DNA from: Labilithrix sp.
GTDB taxonomy: Bacteria; Myxococcota_A; Polyangia; Polyangiales; Polyangiaceae
Direction of reading: 5' to 3'
DNA: 64,000 nt
NCBI GenBank assembly: GCA_026128965.1
Contig: JAHCIY010000002.1
Coordinates: 1,872,468-1,936,467, forward strand
The notes under the pieces are model-generated. The model saw only the letters and a list, made by a program, of their open reading frames with translations, was not told the DNA's origin and made no database searches. How positions within the stretch are numbered: the stretch's first letter is position 1; every line of letters begins with the position of its first letter. A program made the translations under genes and the position numbers. Shown here in pieces: positions 37,946-46,964 of the stretch.

Positions 37946-38632
37946 ATGCCGACGGTCAAAGCGGTGGAGCGGGCGCGCGCGCTCGTCGAACGGAGCGGGA
38001 TCCTCGTCGTCTACCCGATCGACGGACGCCCCGACGTCCCGTCGCTCTGGAGCGCGCTCTACCCCCGCGTGAAGATGGAATGGTCGTGGGACGAGGACGC
38101 CGATCCGCGCGTCGCCGAGGTCTGGCACCTCCGCGAGCGGCTCCAGCGCACGCACGACGTCGCGTACGCGAAGTGGTTCCGCCAGCGCGCGACGTTCTTC
38201 TCGCTGCCGGTCTTCACCGCGCTGCTCGGGCGCATCACGCGGCGGCTCGGCGACGTCCAGCGCGGCCTCCCCGCCGCCGCGGTCGAGATCCTCGAGCTCC
38301 TCCGCGAGCGATCGCCGCTCTCGACGAAGGAGGTCCGCGCCGGCGTCGACCTCCGCGGCAAGGCGAACGAGGCGATGTTCACCCACGCGATGAAGGCGCT
38401 CTGGACACGCCTCCTGATCGTCGGCACCGGCGAGGTCCCCGACGGCGCGTTCCCCTCGCTCTCGTTCGGCGCGACGGAGCTCCTCTTCGAAGACGCGTGG
38501 AACGAGCGGCGGGGCGTCCCGGCCGACGCCGAGGGCGCGCTCGACGCCGCGTTCGCGCGCACGCCCGCGTTCGCGCAGTTCTTCGCGCGCTCGCTCTCAA
38601 AGGAGGTCCAGGAACGCGGCGAGCGCTCGTGA
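37946..38632 (+). CDS. winged-helix domain protein of the YcaQ/AlkZ (DUF1006) family, short form
   Basis: ERSGILVVYPIDGRPDVPSLWSALYP...ELLRERSPLSTKEVRAGVDLRGKANEAMFTHAMKALWTRLLIV resembles AlkZ-like wH domains. The frame is open from 37619 but that stretch overlaps the divergent gene. Confidence 0.5.
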   Translation: MPTVKAVERARALVERSGILVVYPIDGRPDVPSLWSALYPRVKMEWSWDEDADPRVAEVWHLRERLQRTHDVAYAKWFRQRATFFSLPVFTALLGRITRRLGDVQRGLPAAAVEILELLRERSPLSTKEVRAGVDLRGKANEAMFTHAMKALWTRLLIVGTGEVPDGAFPSLSFGATELLFEDAWNERRGVPADAEGALDAAFARTPAFAQFFARSLSKEVQERGERS

Positions 38633-40507
38633 CTCGTCCGCCGTCAACGACGAGCCGTCGCCGCCGGCGTGCGAGAAGGGCGCGAGCCGCACGAGCTCGA
38701 GCGCGGCCGGGATCGTGGGCGCGCTGCCGTTCGTGAAGTAGGGGCGCTTCTTGTAGAGGCGGCGCAGCGAAGGCACCCGCGCGCCGCGATCGTGGACGTA
38801 CGGCACGACGCCGGTCTTCTCGTACGCCTCCGAGCCCCACACGAGCGCGCCGCCCTCGAGGACGAGGCGCTCCCAGCGCTCGAACGCGACGCGCGACGCC
38901 GGATCGTCGGCCGACGCGCGCGCGGCGTGGCATCGCTCGCAGCGATCGCGGAACAGCTCCGCGCCGCGCCGCTCCTCCGCCGTGAACGCGGCGCGGGCGG
39001 CGGCGTTCGGGTTCGTGCGGTGCGAGAACGCCATCAAGAACGACATCAGCGCGACGCGGAGCTCGGCCTGGTCCCAGCGCTTCTTCTCGAGGCGCAGACC
39101 CGCGAGCCACGGCACCTCCTCGACGTCGAGGTCCCAGTGCGGGTCGGTCTTCGACGGCGCGCCGGCGACGCGGAACTCGTTCTCGGCGACGGCGGAGAGA
39201 TCGGGATCGAGCGCGCGCGAGAAGTGGGGGCGGTTGTTGAAGAGGCCGACGAGCGGCTTCGTCGTCGCGCGCACGTCGCCGCGGCCGGTGTGGTGCACGC
39301 GGCCGTCGACGTAGCCCTCGAAGTGGCACGTCTCGCACGAGAAGCGGCTCTTCGCGCCGTCGCTGCTGCTCGCGGGCGCCATCAGCCCGGTGAAGAAGAG
39401 CGCCTCGCCGAGCCGCTCGCGCTCCGTCCGCGCGGCCTTCGGCTCGACGTGCACGACGCGGTCCTTCGTCACCCACGCGTCGAGGAGCGGGTTCGCGGCG
39501 ACGCCGTTCGCCGCGACGGCGCTCGCGCCCGGCGGGAACGCGAACGACTCCAGCACCGCGCCGTCCTTCGCGCCGAGGCGGAGCGCGCGGTCGCCGCCGT
39601 AGCTCGTCACGAGCGCGGTCGCGCCGTCGAGCGAGAGCGCGATCGCCTTCGGCACGATGAGCCCGTGCTCCGAGACGTTCACCGCGTAGAGCTTCTTCAG
39701 CGCGCCGTCCTCGTAGCGCCAGCCGTACACGAACGAGTCGATCCAGCCGAAGAAGCCCCCGCGTCGATCGAGCGGATGGTCCTCCGCGCCGCCCGCGACG
39801 ACGACGTCGCCGTGCGCGGCGAGGCCCCAGATCGGGCCGTCGATCGTCGCCGTGACCGGCGCGCCGGCGACGCGGCCGTCGCGATCGAGCGGGAACCTCG
39901 TGACGGCGTGCCCGAGCACCGACGCGACGAAGAGGGCGTCCTTCGATCGCGCGAGGCGCGCGGGGCCGCGCGGCACGGGGAAGGTCCGCACCCGCGCCCC
40001 GGCGATCTCGACGAGCCGATCGTCGCGCTCCTCCACGACGAAGACGGTGCTCTCCGCGGTCGCGACGTCGCGGACGAAGGCGCTCGGGAGCGGGAGATCG
40101 GGGAGCGGCTCGAAAGATGTAGTGTGCACGCGATAGCGCGCCAGCCGCGGCTCGAGCTCGCTCGCGACGAGGACGGTGTCCCCTTGCACCGCGAGGGCGG
40201 ACGGCGCGCGCGGGGTCGGGGCGCGCGCGATCTCGGCGAGCGACGCGTCGAGGAGGACGAGCGCGTCGCGGCCGCGCAGGACGCCGGCGCTCTTGCCGTC
40301 GCCGAGCGCGACGACGGCGTACGGATCCGCCCCGAACGCTCGGTCCTGCGCCGGCTGCTCGAGGAACGACGTGGCCTTGCGCTGCTCCTCCTCGAAGGTG
40401 CGGAGCGGCGCGAGCGGATCGACCGGCACCGCGGTCGGCGCCGGAGGGTTGGTCGATCGAGAGCAGGAGAGGAGCGCCGCGATCGCGAGCGCGCCTCTCG
40501 GTTTCAC
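38597..40507 (-). CDS. di-heme cytochrome c peroxidase (CCP/MauG family) fused to an N-terminal beta-propeller domain, lipoprotein
   Basis: GTG start gives VKPRGALAIAALLSCS. Two CxxCH motifs (CETCHFEG and CERCHAARA) and a C-terminal PYFTNGSAPT (CCP-like Met/ligand region). About 350 aa of propeller-like sequence precedes them. Confidence 0.7.
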   Translation of the reverse strand: MKPRGALAIAALLSCSRSTNPPAPTAVPVDPLAPLRTFEEEQRKATSFLEQPAQDRAFGADPYAVVALGDGKSAGVLRGRDALVLLDASLAEIARAPTPRAPSALAVQGDTVLVASELEPRLARYRVHTTSFEPLPDLPLPSAFVRDVATAESTVFVVEERDDRLVEIAGARVRTFPVPRGPARLARSKDALFVASVLGHAVTRFPLDRDGRVAGAPVTATIDGPIWGLAAHGDVVVAGGAEDHPLDRRGGFFGWIDSFVYGWRYEDGALKKLYAVNVSEHGLIVPKAIALSLDGATALVTSYGGDRALRLGAKDGAVLESFAFPPGASAVAANGVAANPLLDAWVTKDRVVHVEPKAARTERERLGEALFFTGLMAPASSSDGAKSRFSCETCHFEGYVDGRVHHTGRGDVRATTKPLVGLFNNRPHFSRALDPDLSAVAENEFRVAGAPSKTDPHWDLDVEEVPWLAGLRLEKKRWDQAELRVALMSFLMAFSHRTNPNAAARAAFTAEERRGAELFRDRCERCHAARASADDPASRVAFERWERLVLEGGALVWGSEAYEKTGVVPYVHDRGARVPSLRRLYKKRPYFTNGSAPTIPAALELVRLAPFSHAGGDGSSLTADESRALAAFLDLL

Positions 40508-40662
40508 CAGCCGCCGGCCTGATCGCCCGACGCGGCGGGCGCGGTCGTCGTCGGCGTCGCGGCGCTCCCCGACGGAGCGGGCGCGGCGGGCTGCGGAGGA
40601 TCTTTGTCGCAAGCGGCGAGGAGGGCGACGAGGCCGAGGACCAAGGCGAACGCGGAGATCTT
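40504..40662 (-). CDS. small lipoprotein (52 aa) coupled to the peroxidase gene
   Basis: MKISAFALVLGLVALLAAC lipobox with a Pro/Ala-rich tail. Its TGA overlaps the peroxidase GTG (GTGA). Confidence 0.3.
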   Translation of the reverse strand, partial: KISAFALVLGLVALLAACDKDPPQPAAPAPSGSAATPTTTAPAASGDQAGGW

Positions 40663-40723
40663 CATGGACCGCAAGGTACACGACGCCCTCGCCGTGGGAA
40701 GTCGGCTGCGATACGACGTCTCG

Positions 40724-41698
40724 ATGCTGCGTGTGCGTTCGGTTTCCTGCGTGGCGATCGCGCTCTCGGCGACCGCCTGCCGGTGTGGGGAGAGCTCGGA
40801 GCCCGTCTTCGACGCGAGCGAGTCGGCGCTCTCCGAGCCCACGTCCGTTCCCCCGCCGCCGCCGAAGCCGAAGCTCGTGAAGACGTGGGAGAAGAAGGTC
40901 GGCTTCAAGGCGCCGGAGTCGGTCCTCCACGACGTCTCGAGCGATCTCTATTTCGTCACGAACGTCGAGGGGAAGCCGCTCGAGCGTGACAACAAGGCGT
41001 TCGTCTCGAAGGTGGCGCCCGAGGCCGACGGCGTGGAGCTGAAGTGGATCGAGGCAGGGAAGAAGGGAGTGACGCTCCACGCGCCGAAGGGCATGGCGCT
41101 CTCCGGCGAGACGCTGTTCGTCGCCGACATCGACACCGTTCGCCTCTTCGATCGGCGGACGGGCGCGCCGGCGGGGGAGGTGAAGGTGCCGGGCGCCACG
41201 TCCCTCGACGACGTCGCGGCCGCCCCCGACGGGCGTGTCTTCGTCTCCGACACCGGAATGAAGGACGACGGCAATGGCGGCGTCGTCGCGGCGGGCACCG
41301 ACGCGGTCTACGTGATCGGAAAGGATCGCAAGGTCGACGTGTGGGCGAAGTCGCCGGAGCTCGATCACCCGAACGGGCTCGTGTGGAGCGGCGTGCAGCC
41401 GTACGCCGTCAGCTTCGGCAAGGGCGAGCTGTACGCGGTGGAGAACGGGACGAAGAGCGGACCGCAGAGCGCGCCGGCCGGAATGCTCGACGGCCTCGTC
41501 CTCGTGAACAACGACTACTGGGTCACGAGCTGGGCGGGGAAGGCGGTCTATCGAACGCGGCCCAACCAGCCCTTCGTCGTCATGATCGAGGACGTGAGGT
41601 CGCCCGCCGATCTCGGCTACGACCGCACGCGCCGGCGCCTCCTCGTCCCGCTCGCGGAGGAGGACGAGCTCCGCGCGTACGAGATCGAGCTGCGGTGA
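40724..41698 (+). CDS. beta-propeller lipoprotein (SMP-30/NHL-like)
   Basis: MLRVRSVSCVAIALSATAC lipobox, a PPPPPKPK linker, and repeated ...DVAAAPDGRVFVSD.../...NGLVWSG... blades. Confidence 0.6.
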   Translation: MLRVRSVSCVAIALSATACRCGESSEPVFDASESALSEPTSVPPPPPKPKLVKTWEKKVGFKAPESVLHDVSSDLYFVTNVEGKPLERDNKAFVSKVAPEADGVELKWIEAGKKGVTLHAPKGMALSGETLFVADIDTVRLFDRRTGAPAGEVKVPGATSLDDVAAAPDGRVFVSDTGMKDDGNGGVVAAGTDAVYVIGKDRKVDVWAKSPELDHPNGLVWSGVQPYAVSFGKGELYAVENGTKSGPQSAPAGMLDGLVLVNNDYWVTSWAGKAVYRTRPNQPFVVMIEDVRSPADLGYDRTRRRLLVPLAEEDELRAYEIELR

Positions 41699-43161
41699 GC
41701 CCGCGCAGAGAGCTCGTCGCGCTCGCGGTCGTGCTCGTCGCGACGGCGTCCGCGGCGGCGAAGCTGCGAAGGGCGGCGCCGCCTCCGCCCGCGGGCGTCC
41801 CGGGTCCGGCGCGCACGTTCGGCTACGTGACGTCGGCGGCGTGCGTCGCGTGCCATCCGTCCGAGCACGCGAGCTTCCGCCGCACGTGGCACCGCACGAT
41901 GACCCAGGTCGCGACGCCGGACACGGTGCTCGCGCCGTTCGAGCGCCGCGAGGGCGCGGTGCTCGCGCCCGACGGCGCGCGGATCGTGCTCACGACCGGC
42001 GCGCATCGCGAGCAGGCGTACTGGACGGCGGGCGATCGTCCGGGCGAGCTCCGCATCGTCCCGTGGGTGTGGCTCCCGCGCGAGCGCGCGCTCGTCCCGC
42101 GCCACGACGCGTTCCTGTTCCCGCCGAACGAGCCGCTGCCCGACGTGCGCTGGGGCGGGAGCTGCATCGCGTGCCACGCGGTGGCGGGCGAGCCTCGTCG
42201 CGACGCGGCGAAGGACACGTGGGACACGCGCGCGGCGGAGCTCGGCGTCGCGTGCGAGGCCTGCCACGGGCCCGGCGCGGAGCACGCGTCGCTCTATCGC
42301 GATCCGGTCGCGAGGTACGCGCGCGGGCGCGATCCGAAGATCGTCCAGCCGAAGAAGCTCGCGCCGGAGCGCGCGAACGCGGTGTGCGGGCAGTGCCACG
42401 CCTACGCGTTCCCGCGCGACGAAGCGGCGTGGTGGCAAGACGGCTACGCGCGCACGTTCCGCCCCGGCGACACGCTCGCGGCGTCCCGCGCGCTGCTCCG
42501 CCCCGACGCGATGAACGGCGAAGAGGGGGCGCCGGTCATCGACGCGCCGGCCTCCGCGATCTTCTGGCCGGACGGCGACGTCCGCGTCGGAGGTCGCGAG
42601 CTCAACGGACTCGTCGGATCGCGGTGCAAGGCGGGCTGCCTCGACTGCCACGCGATGCACGCGGGCGATCCGGCGGGGCAGCTCGCGCCGGGCTTCACCT
42701 GCCTCGGCTGCCACGACACCGAGCGCGCGCGCACGCACTCGCGCCACGGGCCGGAGGTTCTCTGCGTCGATTGCCACATGCCGAAGACGAGCTACGCGCT
42801 GCTCGAGGGCGTGCGGTCCCATCGCATCGCGATCCCGCGCGCGGAGCACGACGACCTGAAGCCGAGCGCGTGCGACCTCTGTCACCTCGACAGGAACGAC
42901 GCCTACGGCGTCCGCGCGGGCATCGCCGGCGACGCCGGCGTCCGCGCGCTCGTCGCCGACGCGCTCGCCCGCTTCCCCGCTCCCCGCTTCGCGGTCCCGC
43001 TCCTCGACGCGATGAAGGAGGACCCGTACGCCGCGGTCCGCTTCATCGCCGCGCGCTCACGAAGACGCTTCGGCGACATCGCCACGCCCCCGCTCGACCC
43101 CGCCCTCGTGCGCTCGCTCCTTGCCGCCCGCGACGATCGCGCGATAACGATCGCGGAATGA
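41695..43161 (+). CDS. multiheme cytochrome c (8 CxxCH motifs)
   Basis: GTGA overlap with the upstream gene. Signal-like N-terminus. Heme motifs: CVACH, CIACH, CEACH, CGQCH, CLDCH, CLGCH, CVDCH, CDLCH. Confidence 0.75.
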   Translation: MSPRRELVALAVVLVATASAAAKLRRAAPPPPAGVPGPARTFGYVTSAACVACHPSEHASFRRTWHRTMTQVATPDTVLAPFERREGAVLAPDGARIVLTTGAHREQAYWTAGDRPGELRIVPWVWLPRERALVPRHDAFLFPPNEPLPDVRWGGSCIACHAVAGEPRRDAAKDTWDTRAAELGVACEACHGPGAEHASLYRDPVARYARGRDPKIVQPKKLAPERANAVCGQCHAYAFPRDEAAWWQDGYARTFRPGDTLAASRALLRPDAMNGEEGAPVIDAPASAIFWPDGDVRVGGRELNGLVGSRCKAGCLDCHAMHAGDPAGQLAPGFTCLGCHDTERARTHSRHGPEVLCVDCHMPKTSYALLEGVRSHRIAIPRAEHDDLKPSACDLCHLDRNDAYGVRAGIAGDAGVRALVADALARFPAPRFAVPLLDAMKEDPYAAVRFIAARSRRRFGDIATPPLDPALVRSLLAARDDRAITIAE

Positions 43162-43292
43162 GCGCGCCGCAGCATCGGGAAGCGGAGGGTGGGCGCGTTG
43201 CGTCTCGCGCGCTGCAGCCTTGGGAAGGGGAGGCGGGCACGTGAGCGGTGGGCCCGCGGCGCCTCGCGCGCCGCAGCATCGGGAAGCGGAGG
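43162..43292. repeat. three spaced copies of a 27-bp motif (GCGCGCYGCAGCNNYGGGAAGSGGAGG)
   Basis: Exact copies at 43162..43188 and 43266..43292. A degenerate copy at ~43207..43233. They lie between the cytochrome stop and the next gene. Confidence 0.5.
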
Positions 43293-43720
43293 CGGCGCGG
43301 ATCGAGGTGCGGCACCTCCGTGCGGGCTGGTGGGGGCTCGCGCTCTTCGTAGTCGGCGGGCTCGGGCTGGAGGTGCTGCATGCGGTGAAGGCGCCGTTCT
43401 ATCTCGACGCGGGGCAGGAGACGACGCGGCTCCTCCTCCGGCTCGCGCACGCGCACGGGACCGGGCTCTCGCTCCTGCAGATCGCGTTCGCGCTCACCGC
43501 GCGGGCGTGGCCGGCGACGGCGACGAGGCTCGCGTCGGTCGCGTTCCTGGCCGCGTACGTGCTCCTCCCCGGCGGCTTCTTCCTCGGCGCGCTCGGGGCG
43601 TCGCGCGGCGATCCCGGGCTCGGCGTCGTCCTCGTCCCCGCCGGCGCGGTCGCGCTCCTCGTCGCCGTCGGCTCGGTTTCTCGTCGGATCCGTGATCCTT
43701 CCGCCGAAGAAGCGGAGTAG
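43220..43720 (+). CDS. small integral membrane protein (4 predicted TM), unknown function
   Basis: Hydrophobic helices WWGLALFVVGGLGL, LSLLQIAFALTA, VAFLAAYVLLPGGFFLGALG, VVLVPAGAVALLVAVG. Confidence 0.45.
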   Translation: MGRGGGHVSGGPAAPRAPQHREAEAARIEVRHLRAGWWGLALFVVGGLGLEVLHAVKAPFYLDAGQETTRLLLRLAHAHGTGLSLLQIAFALTARAWPATATRLASVAFLAAYVLLPGGFFLGALGASRGDPGLGVVLVPAGAVALLVAVGSVSRRIRDPSAEEAE

Positions 43721-43734
43721 TCTCCGCCGCCTCG

Positions 43735-44229
43735 ATGTCCGGCCAGCGCAACGCGCACTGCTCCTACTGCGGCGCCGCCTTCACGGAAGGGGTTCCGTTT
43801 CCCCGAACATGCGGGGCGTGCGCCAAGGTCACGTACGTCAACCCGATCCCGGTCGCGGTCCTCGTGCTGCCGGTCGACGAGGGCGTGCTCACCATCCGCC
43901 GCGGGATCGAGCCGCGCAAGGGACAGCTCGCGCTGCCGGGAGGCTTCATCGATCTCGGCGAGGCCTGGCGCGCCGCGTGCGCGCGCGAGGTCTTCGAGGA
44001 GACCGGCATCCGCGTCGACGCGGACGCGGTGACGCTCTTCGACGTCCACAGCGCGCCCGACGGCACGCTGCTCGTGTTCGGGGCCGCGCCGAAGATGCGC
44101 GCGGCCGACCTCCCGCCGTTCGTCGCGACGAACGAGACGTCGGAGCGCGTGATCGTGAACGAGCCGCTCGAGCTCTGCTTTCCGCTCCATACCCGCGTCC
44201 TCGCGGACTACTTCACGAGGAGTCGATGA
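43735..44229 (+). CDS. NUDIX hydrolase with N-terminal zinc ribbon
   Basis: CSYCGA...CGAC zinc ribbon. The Nudix box is GGFIDLGEAWRAACAREVFEETGI. Confidence 0.85.
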   Translation: MSGQRNAHCSYCGAAFTEGVPFPRTCGACAKVTYVNPIPVAVLVLPVDEGVLTIRRGIEPRKGQLALPGGFIDLGEAWRAACAREVFEETGIRVDADAVTLFDVHSAPDGTLLVFGAAPKMRAADLPPFVATNETSERVIVNEPLELCFPLHTRVLADYFTRSR

Positions 44230-45407
44230 AGCGCCGCCCGCGTTCCAAGTTCCGTCTCGTGCTCAACGCCCTCGCGTTCCTCGCCGGGCTCGCCGGCATC
44301 CTCTGGATCCTCGGCACGAAGAACGCCGAGCCCGAGGCCGAGGCGGCGCCTCCGAAGAAGCCCGCCGGCGCCGCGCCGGCCGACGCGGGCGCCGAGGCCG
44401 CCGCGGCCGCCCCCGCTCCCGCCGCCGACCACGTCAAGGAAAAGAAGGAAGACGACGGAAAAGACGAAAAGAAGGATCCTGAGCCGATCGACCTCGCGAT
44501 CGCGCCCGACGGCGGCGTCCCGTTCCACCCGAACGCGGGCCGCTACAGGTCGCCCTTCGCGAAGCCGGGCAACGAGCCGGCGCTCAAGGTGAAGGTCGGC
44601 TTCCTCCTCAACACCGTCGACAACTACGACGTGAAGACCGGCACCTTCACCGCCGACTTCTTCCTCAGCCTCACGAGCCCGGCGCCGATGCCGCCGACGG
44701 AGCTCCAGTTCCCGAACGGCACCATCGACAAGAAGGAGGTCATCGCCGACCGGCCGACGTTCAAGCTCTTTCGCATGGGCGGCTCGTTCAAGTCGCCTCC
44801 GGACCTCCGGAAGTACCCGTTCGACAACCAGGACCTGAAGATCATCATGGAGGACGACTCCGCCGGCATCGATCAGGTCGAGTTCGTCGCCGACAGCGAG
44901 CGCACGCAGCTCGCGCGCGGCTTCCGCGCCCTCGGCTGGCAGGTCTCCTACATCGACGCGAAGACGACGACGACGGCGTATCCGGATCGCTTCGAGAACG
45001 ACGACCTCCTCTATAGCCGCTACACGTTCGCGCTCGGGGTGGAGCGCTACGCGACGAGCGCGGCGTTCAAGGTCTTCGTCCCCGCCTTCGTCATCGTCCT
45101 CATCTCCCTCCTCGGGATGTGGGTCCCCGCCGACGAGATGGAGGTCCGCTCGAACTCCGGCGCGCCGATGCTCGCCGGCGCGGTGCTCTTCCACTTCTCG
45201 CTGATGCAGGAGCTGCCGTCGACGATGTACCTGACGCGCGCCGACAAGCTGATGCTCGCGGTGTACATCTCGCTCCTCCTCGGCATGATCTCGACGTGGT
45301 GGATGTTCCTCGTGAAGGAGCACAACATCCCTGTCGTCTTCCGCGTCGCGCGCATCGCGGTCCCGGTCCTCAGCGTCATCACGATGGCGCTGGGCTGCTT
45401 CGCCTGA
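44226..45407 (+). CDS. prokaryotic pentameric ligand-gated ion channel (Cys-loop receptor family) homolog
   Basis: ATGA overlap with the NUDIX gene. The ECD has YDVKTGTFTADFFLSLTS and RKYPFDNQDLKIIMED, which matches the pLGIC (F/Y)PFDxQ loop-7 signature as in GLIC YFPFDSQTL. Four C-terminal TM helices (M1..M4). Confidence 0.7.
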   Translation: MKRRPRSKFRLVLNALAFLAGLAGILWILGTKNAEPEAEAAPPKKPAGAAPADAGAEAAAAAPAPAADHVKEKKEDDGKDEKKDPEPIDLAIAPDGGVPFHPNAGRYRSPFAKPGNEPALKVKVGFLLNTVDNYDVKTGTFTADFFLSLTSPAPMPPTELQFPNGTIDKKEVIADRPTFKLFRMGGSFKSPPDLRKYPFDNQDLKIIMEDDSAGIDQVEFVADSERTQLARGFRALGWQVSYIDAKTTTTAYPDRFENDDLLYSRYTFALGVERYATSAAFKVFVPAFVIVLISLLGMWVPADEMEVRSNSGAPMLAGAVLFHFSLMQELPSTMYLTRADKLMLAVYISLLLGMISTWWMFLVKEHNIPVVFRVARIAVPVLSVITMALGCFA

Positions 45408-45415
45408 TCAGCGGC

Positions 45416-45880
45416 TCAGCGGCGCTTCAGCCACGGGCATTTGTCGACCATCTCCTTCGGGCGGGTGCGGTCGCAGTGCACGCCGACGACGGAGCCCGTC
45501 GTGACGATGTCGGTGCAGAGCTGGACCATCTCGAAGTTCGTCTCGTCCTTGCGGTCCGTCTTCAGCGCGCACTCCCCGAGCTTCGTGAGCTCGGTGCGGT
45601 AGGAGCCGCGCTCGCGGTCCCACGTCGCGGTGATGTCGGCCTTGAGCTTGTCGCCCGGCTTCACCGCGGCGCACTGGGCGAAGCCCTTGTCCGCGCGGAC
45701 GACGCGGCGCGCGTCGCCGGGGCACTCGTCGTACTTGAGCTCGAGCGCCCACGTCTTCACGCCCTTCTCGTCGGTCAGCGGCTCGATCGTCTCGACCTCC
45801 ATCGTCGTCGTGTACTTCTTGACGTCGGAGCACGCGGCGACGGTGAGGAGCAAGAGCGGGGCGGCGAGGAGGAGCTTCAC
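45416..45880 (-). CDS. lipoprotein, unknown function
   Basis: GTG start gives VKLLLAAPLLLLTVAACS lipobox. 6 Cys. GTGA overlap with the upstream gene. Confidence 0.5.
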   Translation of the reverse strand: MKLLLAAPLLLLTVAACSDVKKYTTTMEVETIEPLTDEKGVKTWALELKYDECPGDARRVVRADKGFAQCAAVKPGDKLKADITATWDRERGSYRTELTKLGECALKTDRKDETNFEMVQLCTDIVTTGSVVGVHCDRTRPKEMVDKCPWLKRR

Positions 45881-46929
45881 GGTTTGGCCTCGGGCGTCAG
45901 TGTCGCATAGAAGTCCCACGTCACGCGCTCCCAGAATGCGCGCGCGGGCGGGCTCTCGAGCGCGAGCTTCACGAACGGCCAGGTGAGGTCGGCGAGCGCG
46001 TCGAGGGCGGGGCGCTCGACGACGCCGATCCGCTCGAGGAACGCGCCGATCGTCGTCTCGCCGTGCTCGGCGACGAGCGCCTCGAGCTCGGCGAGGAGAC
46101 GCTCCTTCACCCGCTCGTTCTGGAGGGCGCCCTCCACGATCGCCTCGATCGCGGCGTCCAGCTCCATCCGCGCGTCGTCGTCGACGTTCTTCGTGAGCGC
46201 GGCGACGGTCTCGTCGTAGAGGAAGCGCGCGACGTTGCGGCGCAGCGCGACCATCTTCGGATCGCCGCTCTTGCCGACGACGAAGTCGGCGATCTTGCCC
46301 TTCGACTTGCGCGCCGCGACGAGGAGGTACTTCCGCATCTCGGGCTCGAGCCGCTTGTCGAACTCGCCGCGCACCGCGCTCATTGACTTGAGGACCGCGC
46401 CGGAGCCGATCGGCATGACCTTCTTGATCAGCGCGGGGAGGCCCCACTCCGCGAAGAACGGGTTGACCGACTCGTTGAACTCCACGAGCGAGTCGTAGAT
46501 GACGTCGCGCATGATCACCTCGACGACCTCGTCGTCGAAGACGCGGCGGATGACCTCCTCCGGCACGAGGTCGGGGCGCGCGACGAGCTCGTCGATCGAT
46601 TCTCGCGCCGCCTCCGGGACGTAGTCGCCGAGCTTCGCGTCGTCGGTGCGGAGGTTCGCGAGCGTGCGCCGGTGGACCTCGCGCACGATCGGCGCGAGGT
46701 GCCCGCGTACGGCGGCCTGGGTCAGCACCTCCTCGAGCGCCGCGACGAGGGCCTTCGGATCGAGGACCGCCTCGAGCGGGAGCGTGAGGAGGTGGTCGTA
46801 GCCCGCTTCGAACGAGCGCCTCCAGTCGCCCCGCGCGCGCTCGTCGGTGAGGCGCTCGGTGAGGAAGGCGATCTGACGGGAACGGAGGGCCGCGATCTGC
46901 TGCGGCGTGAGAGAGAGCGCGTCGCTCAT
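45877..46929 (-). CDS. hypothetical cytoplasmic protein (350 aa)
   Basis: Long ORF with coherent codon usage. It is divergent from the ABC exporter. No recognised motif. Confidence 0.5.
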   Translation of the reverse strand: MSDALSLTPQQIAALRSRQIAFLTERLTDERARGDWRRSFEAGYDHLLTLPLEAVLDPKALVAALEEVLTQAAVRGHLAPIVREVHRRTLANLRTDDAKLGDYVPEAARESIDELVARPDLVPEEVIRRVFDDEVVEVIMRDVIYDSLVEFNESVNPFFAEWGLPALIKKVMPIGSGAVLKSMSAVRGEFDKRLEPEMRKYLLVAARKSKGKIADFVVGKSGDPKMVALRRNVARFLYDETVAALTKNVDDDARMELDAAIEAIVEGALQNERVKERLLAELEALVAEHGETTIGAFLERIGVVERPALDALADLTWPFVKLALESPPARAFWERVTWDFYATLTPEAKP

Positions 46930-46964
46930 CGGGACGGTCAGGTTACGCTCCTTGGCGGTGATGC

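Noticed and set aside
38379-39476. 365-aa minus-strand ORF overlapping the peroxidase gene
   Set aside because: A different frame of the CCP-like gene with Arg/Ala-rich artefact composition.
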